A DNA stretch of 64,000 nt from an uncultured Candidatus Bathyarchaeia archaeon (GCA_964495315.1 CAZBVH010000001.1:11248-75247); one strand, 5' to 3'. Counted from the stretch's first letter, positions 18,630-28,338 are shown. Numbers and translations: made by a program. Notes: a model not told the origin generated them from the letters alone.

Positions 18630-19283
18630 GTGTTGACCGAGAAAGGGAAGAAAATCCTTGAGAAGATAAGGAACAGTGTCGTGAACTTCGACGTGGAAGG
18701 CATAAGGAGCGCGAGTTTAGAGGCGATAGGGACAGGGATGACCACGGGAAGGGTCATAGAAGCGATGGGGGAGGGGATGGGTGTTGTTGGCAAGAAGTAT
18801 GAGGCGGGAGAGTACTTCGTCCCAGAGCTCATCATGGCAGGCGAGACGATGAAGGAAGGTCTGGCGGTTCTGAAGCCACACATGGAGGACGAGCCGCAGG
18901 CTACCTTAGGTACCGCTGTCGTTGCAACCGTTCTCGGCGACCTCCACGATATCGGGAAGAACATATTCATCACCCTGCTGGTCGCAGCCGGATTCAATGT
19001 CGTCGACTTGGGGGTCGATGTGCCCGCAGGGAAGATTGCGGATGCCGTCAGGAGTTCTGGTGCAATTATCGTCGGTCTCTCCGCCCTCCTAACCACTAAC
19101 CTAGATCAGATACCCCTCATCATCAACGAATTGGAGAAGGTGGGGCTGAGAGAGAAGGTGAAGGTTATCGTGGGAGGAGCCACCGTGACTGAGGCCTTTA
19201 CGAAGGAGATAGGGGCTGATGGCTATGCTAAGGAAGCCGTGACCGGTGTGGATATCTGTAAGAAGTGGGCGAAGCAAAGCTAA
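18630..19283 (+). CDS. Cobalamin-binding corrinoid protein (MtaC/MtbC/MtmC-like)
   Basis: DxHxxG B12-binding motif (DLHDIGKN) in a Rossmann-like B12-binding domain, preceded by an N-terminal helical cap. Confidence 0.85.
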   Translation: MLTEKGKKILEKIRNSVVNFDVEGIRSASLEAIGTGMTTGRVIEAMGEGMGVVGKKYEAGEYFVPELIMAGETMKEGLAVLKPHMEDEPQATLGTAVVATVLGDLHDIGKNIFITLLVAAGFNVVDLGVDVPAGKIADAVRSSGAIIVGLSALLTTNLDQIPLIINELEKVGLREKVKVIVGGATVTEAFTKEIGADGYAKEAVTGVDICKKWAKQS

Positions 19284-19335
19284 GGATCGACATCAAGTGG
19301 CTTATCCTAGTAGAAGCAGTATTGGGGGCATTGTC

Positions 19336-19554
19336 TCAAGAGAGCCCACTGGCAAAAGGCTTGCACGGGGCGTGGACAGCCTCTACGAATGAGTCCCACC
19401 ACCATTGAGGCTCTTGCTCAGCCCACCCCTTCAGAGGATGGTGTACCTTACAGAACGAGCGGCCTAACCCCGCTATGTTTCCTTCTGAATCGGTGAGGAT
19501 CGCTCTCAAACTGGTCGTTCCTGCATCTACACCTAGGACGTACCTCTCGACCAC
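19336..19554 (-). pseudogene. FGGY carbohydrate kinase (glycerol/xylulose kinase-like) N-terminal fragment
   Basis: 72 aa. YVLGVDAGTTSLRAIL...GWAEQEPQWWWD is the FGGY N-terminal phosphate-1 region. The ORF ends after about 70 aa and the remainder is missing, because the neighbouring gene on the other strand begins. Confidence 0.55.
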
Positions 19555-19579
19555 AGTCCATCATCTGTAAGAGGGGTCT

Positions 19580-20533
19580 CTAAATCCTCAACGTCCACAA
19601 TATGCGTGACGGTCCTTCCACTTCTGCAACTTTTCCCTGCTTCGCTAGTCGCTGCAGGTGCACTAAGACGGTGCGGTTTGTCACACCCTCAGGAATCCTC
19701 CGCCTAAAGACTGGGCATACGGCATAGGAGACCTCAGCAGCGCTCATGGGTCTTTTCGTCTTCTTGAGGATTGCCACTATCTGGTCCGCAATCTTGAGGT
19801 TTATGTCCGAGGAGAACTTTAGGTACTCTCTAAGCCGGAAGCCCTTGAGGATCGCTCTCTCAGAGGGCAGGTAGGGGTGATCTGTCAGCATCAACCGCAG
19901 ATTCATCTTCATCAATCGATCGATCGAGCTGAGGTATGCGTCCACATCTTGCAGGATTATGAAGTCATCAGTTTTGGTGCTCCCTCCAACGACGGAGTCT
20001 CCGGTGAAAACGGTTTCTCCTTGCCTATCGTAGAAGCAGACTGAGTCGGCTGAGTGTCCAGGGGTGTGCACAACCTCCAGGCTGAACGGTCCAAGTTCTA
20101 GGGCTTCTCCGTCCTTCAGGGTTCGATCAACCCTCAGGGGTTGGCTGATGGGTCTCTTGAGGATGTTCTCCCTGTCCTTCTCTGTCAAGTACTTTCCATA
20201 ATCAGCCAGATACTTGGTGCGTTGCATCTCAGGTTTCTCAAGTGCTTCAGCCCCCGATTCGTGTACTGCTATCTTTGCTCCGGTCGCTGCCTTTATGGCT
20301 TGATCACTGCCGACATGGTCGCCGTGGTTGTGTGTATGTATGATTAGGGAGACATCTTTAGGGTCGCGTCTTACCTGCCTGAGGTAAGGCAAGATTACGT
20401 TCTCCCATGTCCCCGGCAGACCAGAGTCTACTAGGGTTATCTCTTTTCCCAGGATTGCGTAGCAGGCTGTGAATATCCCATGCATCGGCTGCTCCAAATA
20501 GTGAATGGCTTCAGTAATCTGCATAAGAATCAC
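19580..20533 (-). CDS. MBL-fold metallo-hydrolase with C-terminal winged-helix-like domain
   Basis: HTHNHGDH motif and downstream His/Asp ligands. The C-terminal 70 aa looks like a wHTH. Confidence 0.8.
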   Translation of the reverse strand: MILMQITEAIHYLEQPMHGIFTACYAILGKEITLVDSGLPGTWENVILPYLRQVRRDPKDVSLIIHTHNHGDHVGSDQAIKAATGAKIAVHESGAEALEKPEMQRTKYLADYGKYLTEKDRENILKRPISQPLRVDRTLKDGEALELGPFSLEVVHTPGHSADSVCFYDRQGETVFTGDSVVGGSTKTDDFIILQDVDAYLSSIDRLMKMNLRLMLTDHPYLPSERAILKGFRLREYLKFSSDINLKIADQIVAILKKTKRPMSAAEVSYAVCPVFRRRIPEGVTNRTVLVHLQRLAKQGKVAEVEGPSRILWTLRI

Positions 20534-20851
20534 CTGAATCTCAAAGCCCTTGAACCACGTATACTATTTTCGATTCCCCATTCGATCCAGTCACAGCAGC
20601 CAAATAAGAAGGAATCCGGAAGATCTGCTATTTGGGGCTCCCCAGTGAACCTCTCCGCTGACAAACGAGTATCGATCGCGAAGGGTGACCGCGGCAGACT
20701 TATGGATGATGACTCAATCTGCTCGGTGTTCCCAGCAAGTTGAAGCCTTCCCCTTTTTCCCATCAATCAATTCCGACGAGGGTCTTGGCATCTTTCTTGT
20801 CAGTTGATGGCAAACCGATCTTCAGGTTCCGAGGAGTGTCCACCGGGAGAA

Positions 20852-21121
20852 CTAGCATCTTTTGGAGTGCCTTCTGCTGGCTTTGTTAACGAGATCGGTC
20901 TTCTGATCATGGCTGAGACCCTTGATCTCCCGTTCTCGTCTCATCGCGTCCCTGCGTGACTCGAACTCCTCCACATATACCAGCCTCATCGGTTTTCTCA
21001 TCCTAGTGTACTTGGCGCCGCGCCCTTGCCTGTGCCATTCGACACGTGATTCCAGGTCCCTAGTATATCCCGTGTAGTAGCTCCCGTCTCGACAGAGGAG
21101 CATATAGACGTAATGCATCAT
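20852..21121 (-). CDS. GIY-YIG nuclease family protein (UPF0213-like, stand-alone)
   Basis: 89 aa. YVYML...GSYYTGYTRDLESRVEWH...R...E is the GIY-YIG core. Confidence 0.8.
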   Translation of the reverse strand: MMHYVYMLLCRDGSYYTGYTRDLESRVEWHRQGRGAKYTRMRKPMRLVYVEEFESRRDAMRREREIKGLSHDQKTDLVNKASRRHSKRC

Positions 21122-21136
21122 AAATTGTCACGCTAG

Positions 21137-22252
21137 TCAGACCTTCGGCAGGCTCAGCCTTTGATCTGCCTGTTGAAGGAGCTTTACAATCGGCAGATCA
21201 TAGGGACATCTCTTCTCGCACTCCCCGCACTGCGTACAGTCATCAACCCTGGTCGAGAGTCTCATATACTGACTCCGCGCCCAATCTTTCAACCCATAGC
21301 CGTAGTATCGGTCGAATCTCAGGATCGCAGGGATCTTCACGAACTCAGGGCATGGCATACACATCTCGCATGTGTTCAGCGTACCGCCCTCCCGGCAGTG
21401 GAGGCCACCCTCCTCACTCCAGAACTCGAATTCCTCCTCATGGGTCGCGCGGTCAAAGTCTCGAACCGCCTTCACGGCGGCATCGATCTCTTCCACGTTC
21501 TCGAATCCAGAGACTATTGTGGAGACTTCACGGCGTAATAGGAAGCCGAGGGCGCGCCTAGCTATCTCGCGGTCGTCTCTGCCCAAGAGTGTCCTGAACT
21601 CGTCGGAGCCCAGGAAGAAGGGTTGTCCGCCGAAAGGCTTCATGACGACGACGCCCACGTCGAGCTCTTTCGCCAAAGGGACGAGTTCCTCCAGGGCTCG
21701 CCTCGTAATCACGTTAATCGGTACCTGGATTGCGTCGAACTCCCCTGTACGTATGGCTTCGATGAGTACGTGTGGATAATGCCCGGTGATTCCGATGTGG
21801 TCTACAAGACCTTGGGACCGGGCCTCCCTCAAGGCTTCCAAGGCGCTGTCTGAGCCCATGGCTCTCTTAAGCGTCGACAGGTCGTTTACGCCATGCAGCT
21901 GGACCGCGTCGATTCTGGTGGTTCTCAGCCTCTTGAGGCTATGCCTGAGTTGTACCCATGCACCGCCCCTCGTCATGTCCTCGACCTTCGTCGCTATAAC
22001 GCAGTCATCCCTAACAGGTGCCAGGGCGTCGCCGATGCGCTCCTCGCTGTTATAGTAGGATCGGGCAGTATCGAAGTAATTAATGCCCTGGTCGAAGGCG
22101 TAGCGCACGATTCGTTCTGCTTCCTCTCTCGTCATAGGAGGCAGATGCTCTCCTATCGGAGCCCCACCGAAGCCAAGTACCGAGACCTCAAGCCCAGTCC
22201 TTCCGAGCCTGCGTTTCTCCATTTTTCCTCGAGCTTCCTTCACTCGAACCAC
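21137..22252 (-). CDS. Aldo/keto reductase fused to a C-terminal 4Fe-4S ferredoxin-like domain
   Basis: AKR N-terminus (RRLGRTGLEVSVLGFGG, catalytic D/Y/K/H pattern). C-terminal CEMCMPC and CTQCGECEKRCP cysteine clusters. Alternative start at MEKRR (22222). Confidence 0.85.
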   Translation of the reverse strand: MVRVKEARGKMEKRRLGRTGLEVSVLGFGGAPIGEHLPPMTREEAERIVRYAFDQGINYFDTARSYYNSEERIGDALAPVRDDCVIATKVEDMTRGGAWVQLRHSLKRLRTTRIDAVQLHGVNDLSTLKRAMGSDSALEALREARSQGLVDHIGITGHYPHVLIEAIRTGEFDAIQVPINVITRRALEELVPLAKELDVGVVVMKPFGGQPFFLGSDEFRTLLGRDDREIARRALGFLLRREVSTIVSGFENVEEIDAAVKAVRDFDRATHEEEFEFWSEEGGLHCREGGTLNTCEMCMPCPEFVKIPAILRFDRYYGYGLKDWARSQYMRLSTRVDDCTQCGECEKRCPYDLPIVKLLQQADQRLSLPKV

Positions 22253-22469
22253 CCCAAGAAAACTGGTTGGTACTCAGGCTGCGAGCTATAAAAGCCTAAT
22301 TTGCCGTCCTCATCCGGTCAGCTCTTCCATGGCTATCCGTGATCGCGTATGCCTTCGCTGTGGACACCTCGTCCATCAACCTTGAAAAGATTCAGAGAAG
22401 AAACGAAACACTTACCAGACGGTTGTAACCCAAATTCTAATCTCCTGACGTTTCGGTGGACTGGACACG

Positions 22470-23144
22470 GTGTGGAAAGCTATCGCCTGCGATTTCGATG
22501 GAACCTTGACTGACGAGCAAGGTAGGCTGAGCATAGACGCCTTGGCTGCGGCAAGAGAGTCAGAGGCTAGAGGGATTCCCATAATCCTCTCAAGCGGCCG
22601 AGTCCTAGCTGAAATGAACATGCTGTCAAAGGTCATCGGGACAAGCGGACCTATAATCGCCGAGAATGGGGGAGTTATCTGGAATCCTAGGACACTGAGC
22701 AAACATCTGCAAGGCGACCCAGAGAAAGCCAGGAGAGCGTATCAAGCCCTCCTCTCCCATCCAGGCGAGATCGAACTCCTCAAGCCGACGCTTAGGGAGA
22801 CCGACGTAGTCGTCAGAGGAAGAAGGGTCGCAGAACTGCAAGCCATACTCAGAACAGAGGAGCTGGGTGTTCACATCATAGATGCCAATGTCGCCACCCA
22901 CATCACCGACACATCCGTTGACAAAGGAAGAGCACTCAAGACCGCCGCAGAGATGTTGAACATGGATACCAGCGAGATTGTAGCGATCGGGGACTCCCCG
23001 AACGACATAGCACTATTCCAGGCTGCCGGCGCAGGATACGCAGTCGCAAATGCTGACCCCCACCCAAGTGACCAGACGATCCTTCGGCGCAGGATGCGCG
23101 GAAGCGATCCGAGAAGTCCTGGAGAGCCTTCACTGAATGATTAG
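22470..23144 (+). CDS. HAD-superfamily phosphatase (archaeal phosphoglycolate phosphatase-like, HAD-IIB)
   Basis: DFDGTLT motif I, SGR motif II and a GDSPND motif. GTG start. Confidence 0.75.
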   Translation: MWKAIACDFDGTLTDEQGRLSIDALAAARESEARGIPIILSSGRVLAEMNMLSKVIGTSGPIIAENGGVIWNPRTLSKHLQGDPEKARRAYQALLSHPGEIELLKPTLRETDVVVRGRRVAELQAILRTEELGVHIIDANVATHITDTSVDKGRALKTAAEMLNMDTSEIVAIGDSPNDIALFQAAGAGYAVANADPHPSDQTILRRRMRGSDPRSPGEPSLND

Positions 23145-23320
23145 CGTATCTTGAACAGCCACCATGGTTCGTGAGGTCAAGCGATTTCTCAAGATGGGAC
23201 AGATAGGAAGAATGAAATAACAAATCGCTACGAGTGAGAAACCCGGAGAGCGATCGTTAATATGAAAGACCTGACTCCATTCCTCCATGTTCAAATGGCA
23301 ACCAGAAAAGGAGGCATTCT

Positions 23321-24592
23321 ATGAAAATGGTCAAGCGAGGTAGGCGTAGACTACTCGAAGAGGACCAGGAGACAGCCAGAATCGTCTCTGAGATCTTGAA
23401 GGACATCGAGAAGAATGGGATGGATGCCGTTCGCAGATACAGCCAGAAGTTTGACGGGTGGAACCCGAAGAGCTTTGAGCTGGGTGAGAAGGAGATCGAA
23501 GAAGCGATCTCGAAACTACCAGACCAAGTCATCGAGGATACTGATTTCTGCCAGGAGAATGTACGTGAGTTTGCCAGAGAGCAGTTAAAGACCCTGCACC
23601 CTCTTGAGGTTCAGATCAGACCGGGAGTAGTCCTTGGCCACAAGCACATTCCTGTCCATTCGGTCGGGAGCTACATTCCCGGCGGAAGGTATCCTATGTT
23701 CGGTTCGGCGCAGATGAGTATCATACCCGCGAAGGTAGCCGGGGTGAAGAATATTGTTGCATGTACTCCGCCTGTCAAGGACGAGGGATACTATCCGGCA
23801 ACCGTTAACGCAATGAAGAAGGCTGGGGCGGACCGAATATTCATATTAGGAGGGGTCCAAGCCATGGCGCTCATGGCTTTCGGGTTGGGTGAAGTTGAAC
23901 CCGTCGATGTCCTCTGTGGTGCTGGGAACAAGTATGTTGTGGAGGCCAAGCGCCAACTGTTTGGGCGGTGTGGAATCGATCTCCTTGCTGGTCCGACGGA
24001 GATCCTCATCATTGCGGATGAGAGTGCAACCCCTAGCCTCGTAGCCTGCGATCTTCTAGGCCAGGCAGAACATGATCCGAACAGCGGTGTCTGCCTGATA
24101 TGCCTCAGCGAGGAGTTCGCCCACAGGACCATCACTGAGCTTGAGAAACAGCTGAAGGTTCTTCCGACTCGTGATGTCGCCGAACTCTCTTGGGGAATCA
24201 ACGGCATCGTCTATGTCGCTGACAGTAGGGAAGAGGCGGTCAAACTCAGTGACGACTATGCCCCGGAGCATCTGGAGCTACACGTGAAGGATCCCGACTA
24301 CTATACCGAGAATCTTACAAACTATGGTTCCTTATTCATCGGGGAAGAGACGACGGTTGCCTACGGTGACAAATGCATCGGAACGAACCACATCCTGCCT
24401 ACGAGCCGTGCAGCCCGCTTCACCGGCGGACTATGGGTAGGAAAATTCCTGAAGACCTGTACCTATCAGCGGATGACACCGGCCGCAAGCCGTGAGATCG
24501 GCATGGTCACGGAACGCCAATGCAGACAAGAGAACATGCTTGCCCACGCGATCACTGCCAGGGTAAGGGTGGATCGCTATACCAAAGGTTAG
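23321..24592 (+). CDS. hisD: Histidinol dehydrogenase family protein
   Basis: 423 aa with the HisD-family pattern throughout, including the Zn/NAD site residues around QAEHD and HLE. Confidence 0.85.
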   Translation: MKMVKRGRRRLLEEDQETARIVSEILKDIEKNGMDAVRRYSQKFDGWNPKSFELGEKEIEEAISKLPDQVIEDTDFCQENVREFAREQLKTLHPLEVQIRPGVVLGHKHIPVHSVGSYIPGGRYPMFGSAQMSIIPAKVAGVKNIVACTPPVKDEGYYPATVNAMKKAGADRIFILGGVQAMALMAFGLGEVEPVDVLCGAGNKYVVEAKRQLFGRCGIDLLAGPTEILIIADESATPSLVACDLLGQAEHDPNSGVCLICLSEEFAHRTITELEKQLKVLPTRDVAELSWGINGIVYVADSREEAVKLSDDYAPEHLELHVKDPDYYTENLTNYGSLFIGEETTVAYGDKCIGTNHILPTSRAARFTGGLWVGKFLKTCTYQRMTPAASREIGMVTERQCRQENMLAHAITARVRVDRYTKG

Positions 24593-24661
24593 GCTTAAGC
24601 GTGCCCGACAGCATACCACCTGGTCAAATATCTCAGAGTCTTCCAAAGGAGAGGAGACCGC

Positions 24662-25426
24662 ATGAGTAACGAGATGTTCAGACTGGACAACAAAGTCGCG
24701 TTAATCACGGGGGCGGCGACAGGTCTCGGTGCCGCGATCTCCATAGCGCTTGCCAAGAATGGTGCCGATGTTGCTATTTCAGACAAGCCCGGTGTGGGCT
24801 TGGATAATACTGCAACGAAGGCAGGGGTGTATGGACACGGGGTCTTCAAGGTTGGCATCGATGTCCGCGAACTCAGTCAGATCCGCGAGGGGGTTGCGAC
24901 TGTTGAGGATGAGTTCGGCAGAATCGACATCCTAGTGAATAATGCTGGAATCAATAGGCCTGCGCCAGGCCTTGAAGTGACAGAAGACAACTGGGATGAT
25001 CATCTCAATACGAACGTGAAAGGCGGCTTCTTCTTGGCGCAAGCCGTAGCCAAAGGGATGATATCCCGGGGGTGGGGGCGGATCATCTTCATCGCCAGTC
25101 AGTCCGGGTTGATAGGCATCCCGGGGCAGTCCGTCTACTGCTCAAGCAAAGGCGCGGTGATCCAGTTGGCTCGTACCCTTGGCGTGGAGTGGGCTAAGCA
25201 TGGAGTCACTGTCAACGCTGTGGCTCCAACCTTTGTGGAGACAGACCTCACCCGCAAGCGTCTGCAGGACCCTGGGTTCCTGAGATTTGTACTGGATAGG
25301 ATTCCTGCTGGGAAGCTTGCTATGCCGGAAGATGTCGCCGCAGCCGTAGTCTACCTTGCGAGCGAAGATGCAAGGATGGTTAACGGCGCCACGTTATCCG
25401 TTGATGGTGGCTGGACAGCGTGGTAG
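24662..25426 (+). CDS. SDR-family oxidoreductase
   Basis: TGAATGLG glycine-rich motif, NNAG, and the YxxxK catalytic dyad (YCSSK). Confidence 0.9.
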   Translation: MSNEMFRLDNKVALITGAATGLGAAISIALAKNGADVAISDKPGVGLDNTATKAGVYGHGVFKVGIDVRELSQIREGVATVEDEFGRIDILVNNAGINRPAPGLEVTEDNWDDHLNTNVKGGFFLAQAVAKGMISRGWGRIIFIASQSGLIGIPGQSVYCSSKGAVIQLARTLGVEWAKHGVTVNAVAPTFVETDLTRKRLQDPGFLRFVLDRIPAGKLAMPEDVAAAVVYLASEDARMVNGATLSVDGGWTAW

Positions 25427-26369
25427 GAGAAATCGGAGAGGAGGAAGGAGCCTGAAGGAGTTTCCTAGGCTTTCAAGCTCCAAACTCCTCGAACGACTTG
25501 AGCTGCCTAAAGGCAAGGTCAGGGTTGTCCTCGACACCGACACCTACAATGAGATCGATGACCAGTTCGCCGTTACCTACGCGATGCTCTCACCTGAGAA
25601 GATGACCGTTGAGGCTATCCATGCTGCACCGTTCTTCAATGCTCGTTCTACGGGACCAGCGGACGGGATGGGAAAGAGCTACCAAGAGATACTGCGTGTC
25701 CTCAGCAGGCTAGGCTGCAAGGCTGAGAACCTTGTCTTCAAGGGGTCTGAAAGCTATCTGCCTAGTCCTGAGACTCCGGTGCAGAGTGACGCCGCCCGTA
25801 ACCTGGTGAAGAAGGCTCTTGAGCGAGAGGAACCGCTCTACGTGGTAGCCCTAGGGGCGCCGACAAATGTGGCTTCAGCGCTGCTCATGGAACCGATGAT
25901 CATTGAGCACATCGTGGTCATCTGGCTTGGCGGCAATCCCCTCTACTGGCCCTCGGCCTCCGAGTTCAACCTGAAACAGGATCTTGCCGCCTCAAAGCTA
26001 CTCTTCGACACTGGTGTGCCGCTCATACACATTCCCTGCAAGAATGTCTCCGAACACCTGCGTACAACCGTCGCCGAGCTTGAACGGTACATAAAGGGCA
26101 CCAGTGCAATCGGCGACTACCTTTTCCAGATATTCTCCGATTACCGCGACGATCATTTTGCTTGGTCCAAACCTCTCTGGGACCTCGCCCCTGTCGCCTT
26201 CCTCGTAGATCCCTGTTGGGTTCCGACAGAGATTGTTCACAGCCCTATACTGAGCGATCAGATGACCTACAGCCTGGATCAAGGCAGACACTTCATCAGG
26301 GTCGCCACAGGAATGAACCGCGACGAGATATTCCGCGATCTCTTCACGAAAGTAAGAGGCGCAAACTAG
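25356..26369 (+). CDS. Nucleoside hydrolase (IU-NH family); start uncertain because it overlaps the SDR gene by about 70 nt
   Basis: DTDTYNEIDDQFA aspartate cluster and Ca-binding pattern. No ATG/GTG/TTG in frame between the SDR stop (25426) and the conserved DTD motif (25527). Confidence 0.8.
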   Translation: MRAKMQGWLTAPRYPLMVAGQRGRRNRRGGRSLKEFPRLSSSKLLERLELPKGKVRVVLDTDTYNEIDDQFAVTYAMLSPEKMTVEAIHAAPFFNARSTGPADGMGKSYQEILRVLSRLGCKAENLVFKGSESYLPSPETPVQSDAARNLVKKALEREEPLYVVALGAPTNVASALLMEPMIIEHIVVIWLGGNPLYWPSASEFNLKQDLAASKLLFDTGVPLIHIPCKNVSEHLRTTVAELERYIKGTSAIGDYLFQIFSDYRDDHFAWSKPLWDLAPVAFLVDPCWVPTEIVHSPILSDQMTYSLDQGRHFIRVATGMNRDEIFRDLFTKVRGAN

Positions 26370-26534
26370 TCGGACCATTGGACCGTGACGATCCTATAAT
26401 CCATGAAGAAGATGACTGCCAAGGCCGCGGTCCTTCTACTGGCTGACCAGGATTGAGGATTCCTAGATATTTCCCCCGACCACCTGGCTAGTGAGTCTTA
26501 AAGGCTTTAATCTTCAAGGTTCCGCTTCGCTATC

Positions 26535-27071
26535 TTGGTATCTGCTTTGTCGATTCTAGACGTTATTAAGGCTAGGGGAAGTATCAGGAGGTACAAACCT
26601 AAACCTGTGCCAAAGGAAGAGTTGTTGAAAGTTGTTGAGGCGGCTGAATACGCTCAGTCGGCGGCCAACAGGCAACCTTGGCAGTTTATTCTCGTGACTG
26701 ATGCAGTGATGAAGAAGAGGCTTGTCGAGGCTGCGAGGAATCAAGGGTTCGTCGGCGAGGCTGCAGCAGTCTTGATGTGTTTGGCTAATCCCAAGGAGAG
26801 TGCGAAGGTGGGTCCCTTCGAGGGGTTCCTGGTCGACTTGGCCATAGCGATCGAGAATATGGCGCTCACTGCTTGGGATCTTGGAATAGGCAGTTGCTGG
26901 ATCGGCGCCTTCAACGAGAACAGCGTGAAAGGGCTGCTAGGCATACCTGAGGAGTTCCGTGTAGTTTCCCTGCTTACGCTTGGATACCCCGACGAGAGGC
27001 CGAGAGCAAAGAACATGAAACTCCTGAATGAGATACTCCACTACGAGAGATGGGGTCGGAGAGAGCCTTAG
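26535..27071 (+). CDS. Nitroreductase-family protein
   Basis: 178 aa. RGSIRRYKPKPV...NRQPWQFILV is the nitroreductase FMN site. Confidence 0.8.
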   Translation: MVSALSILDVIKARGSIRRYKPKPVPKEELLKVVEAAEYAQSAANRQPWQFILVTDAVMKKRLVEAARNQGFVGEAAAVLMCLANPKESAKVGPFEGFLVDLAIAIENMALTAWDLGIGSCWIGAFNENSVKGLLGIPEEFRVVSLLTLGYPDERPRAKNMKLLNEILHYERWGRREP

Positions 27072-27270
27072 CCCTCTCTGACCTCCGATTCCTTGTGAGG
27101 TTTCGATAGGAGAATCCTTACTCACAGTCAAGCAGGTTTCTATTGCTCCCATGGGAAACGTTTTAAGGGGCTAAAGGAGTTAAGGCGGTGTCCGTCTGAG
27201 CCACGTAGCGTCTCAAAACCGCCGGAAGTCCTATGGACTTTCTAAAGAAGCTAATTCAAGTGATTACACG

Positions 27271-28281
27271 TTGAAGGTTGCCAAGGACATTCTAGGGCTG
27301 ATAGGGAATACCCCGCTCCTCAAACTGCGAAGGGTGACGAGAGGTCTCGATGTGAACGTCTACGTCAAGTGCGAGTATCTTAACCCAAGCGGAAGCATAA
27401 AGGACAGGATGGCGCTCCGCATGGTGGAGGAAGCCGAGAAGGAGGGGCGGCTCGGTCCTGGCGGTACCATGATCGAGATGACCAGCGGAAACACCGGGTC
27501 GGCACTAGCCTTCGTAGGGAGTGTCAAGGGATACAAAGTCCGCCTCTTCATACCATCCCAGTGGACTGGTTCTTACAGCCCAACCGACAGGATCAACATG
27601 ATGAGGTTCTTCGGCGGGGAGGTTGAGACCTTCAACCTAGGGCAGTACGATGTGCTGCTGAGGAACTTGGGCGAAGATGAGAAGGCGCTGGCAGCCCTCA
27701 TCATAGGGATGAAGAAATGCTGTGAGGTTGAGAAGGGTAATCCAAGGATCTGGTGGCCGAATCAGATGTGCAACATCTATAACGCGCTAGCTAACAGAGA
27801 CACTACTGGAAAGGAGATTCTGAACCAGCTTGACGGGGAAGTTGACGGATGGGTAGCGTCGGTCGGGACGGGCGGTACGCTTCTGGGCGTGGCTGAAGCC
27901 CTTCGGAAGGAGAACCCTGCTGTGCGGGTTGTCGGTGTCGAGCCTGCCGACGCACCCTTGATTGAATGTGTAAGGTCTGGGGTGTCCCAGCGGTTCTTCG
28001 AGGTCTTAGGTGTTCCGAGAACGAAGCTGCTGATTGAGCTGATGCTGGAGAAGGGTCTGCCTGACGAGGTGGTAGCCGTGGCCGACAGGGATGCGAGGGA
28101 GATGGCTTACCGGCTCTGCAGTGAGGAGGGCTTCTTCTGCGGGATGTCTTCGGGCGCCAATGTCTATGCTGCCATCCAGACTGCCAAGACGTTGGGGAGA
28201 GATGCCAATGTTGTGACCATCCTAGTAGACAGAAGAGATAGGTACTTCTCAGAGCACCCGGCAGAGCACTACGTCATCTAG
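27271..28281 (+). CDS. PLP-dependent cysteine synthase/CBS-like enzyme (fold type II), atypical subfamily with an insertion
   Basis: Lys-PLP motif NPSGSIKDR, glycine loop SGNTG and C-terminal GxSSG. TTG start. Paralog of 37400..38356. Confidence 0.8.
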   Translation: MKVAKDILGLIGNTPLLKLRRVTRGLDVNVYVKCEYLNPSGSIKDRMALRMVEEAEKEGRLGPGGTMIEMTSGNTGSALAFVGSVKGYKVRLFIPSQWTGSYSPTDRINMMRFFGGEVETFNLGQYDVLLRNLGEDEKALAALIIGMKKCCEVEKGNPRIWWPNQMCNIYNALANRDTTGKEILNQLDGEVDGWVASVGTGGTLLGVAEALRKENPAVRVVGVEPADAPLIECVRSGVSQRFFEVLGVPRTKLLIELMLEKGLPDEVVAVADRDAREMAYRLCSEEGFFCGMSSGANVYAAIQTAKTLGRDANVVTILVDRRDRYFSEHPAEHYVI

Positions 28282-28338
28282 CTAACCAGGTTAGCCCTTA
28301 GCTCATTCTTATGCCAAAGAGGCAGTCATGCCTCAATG

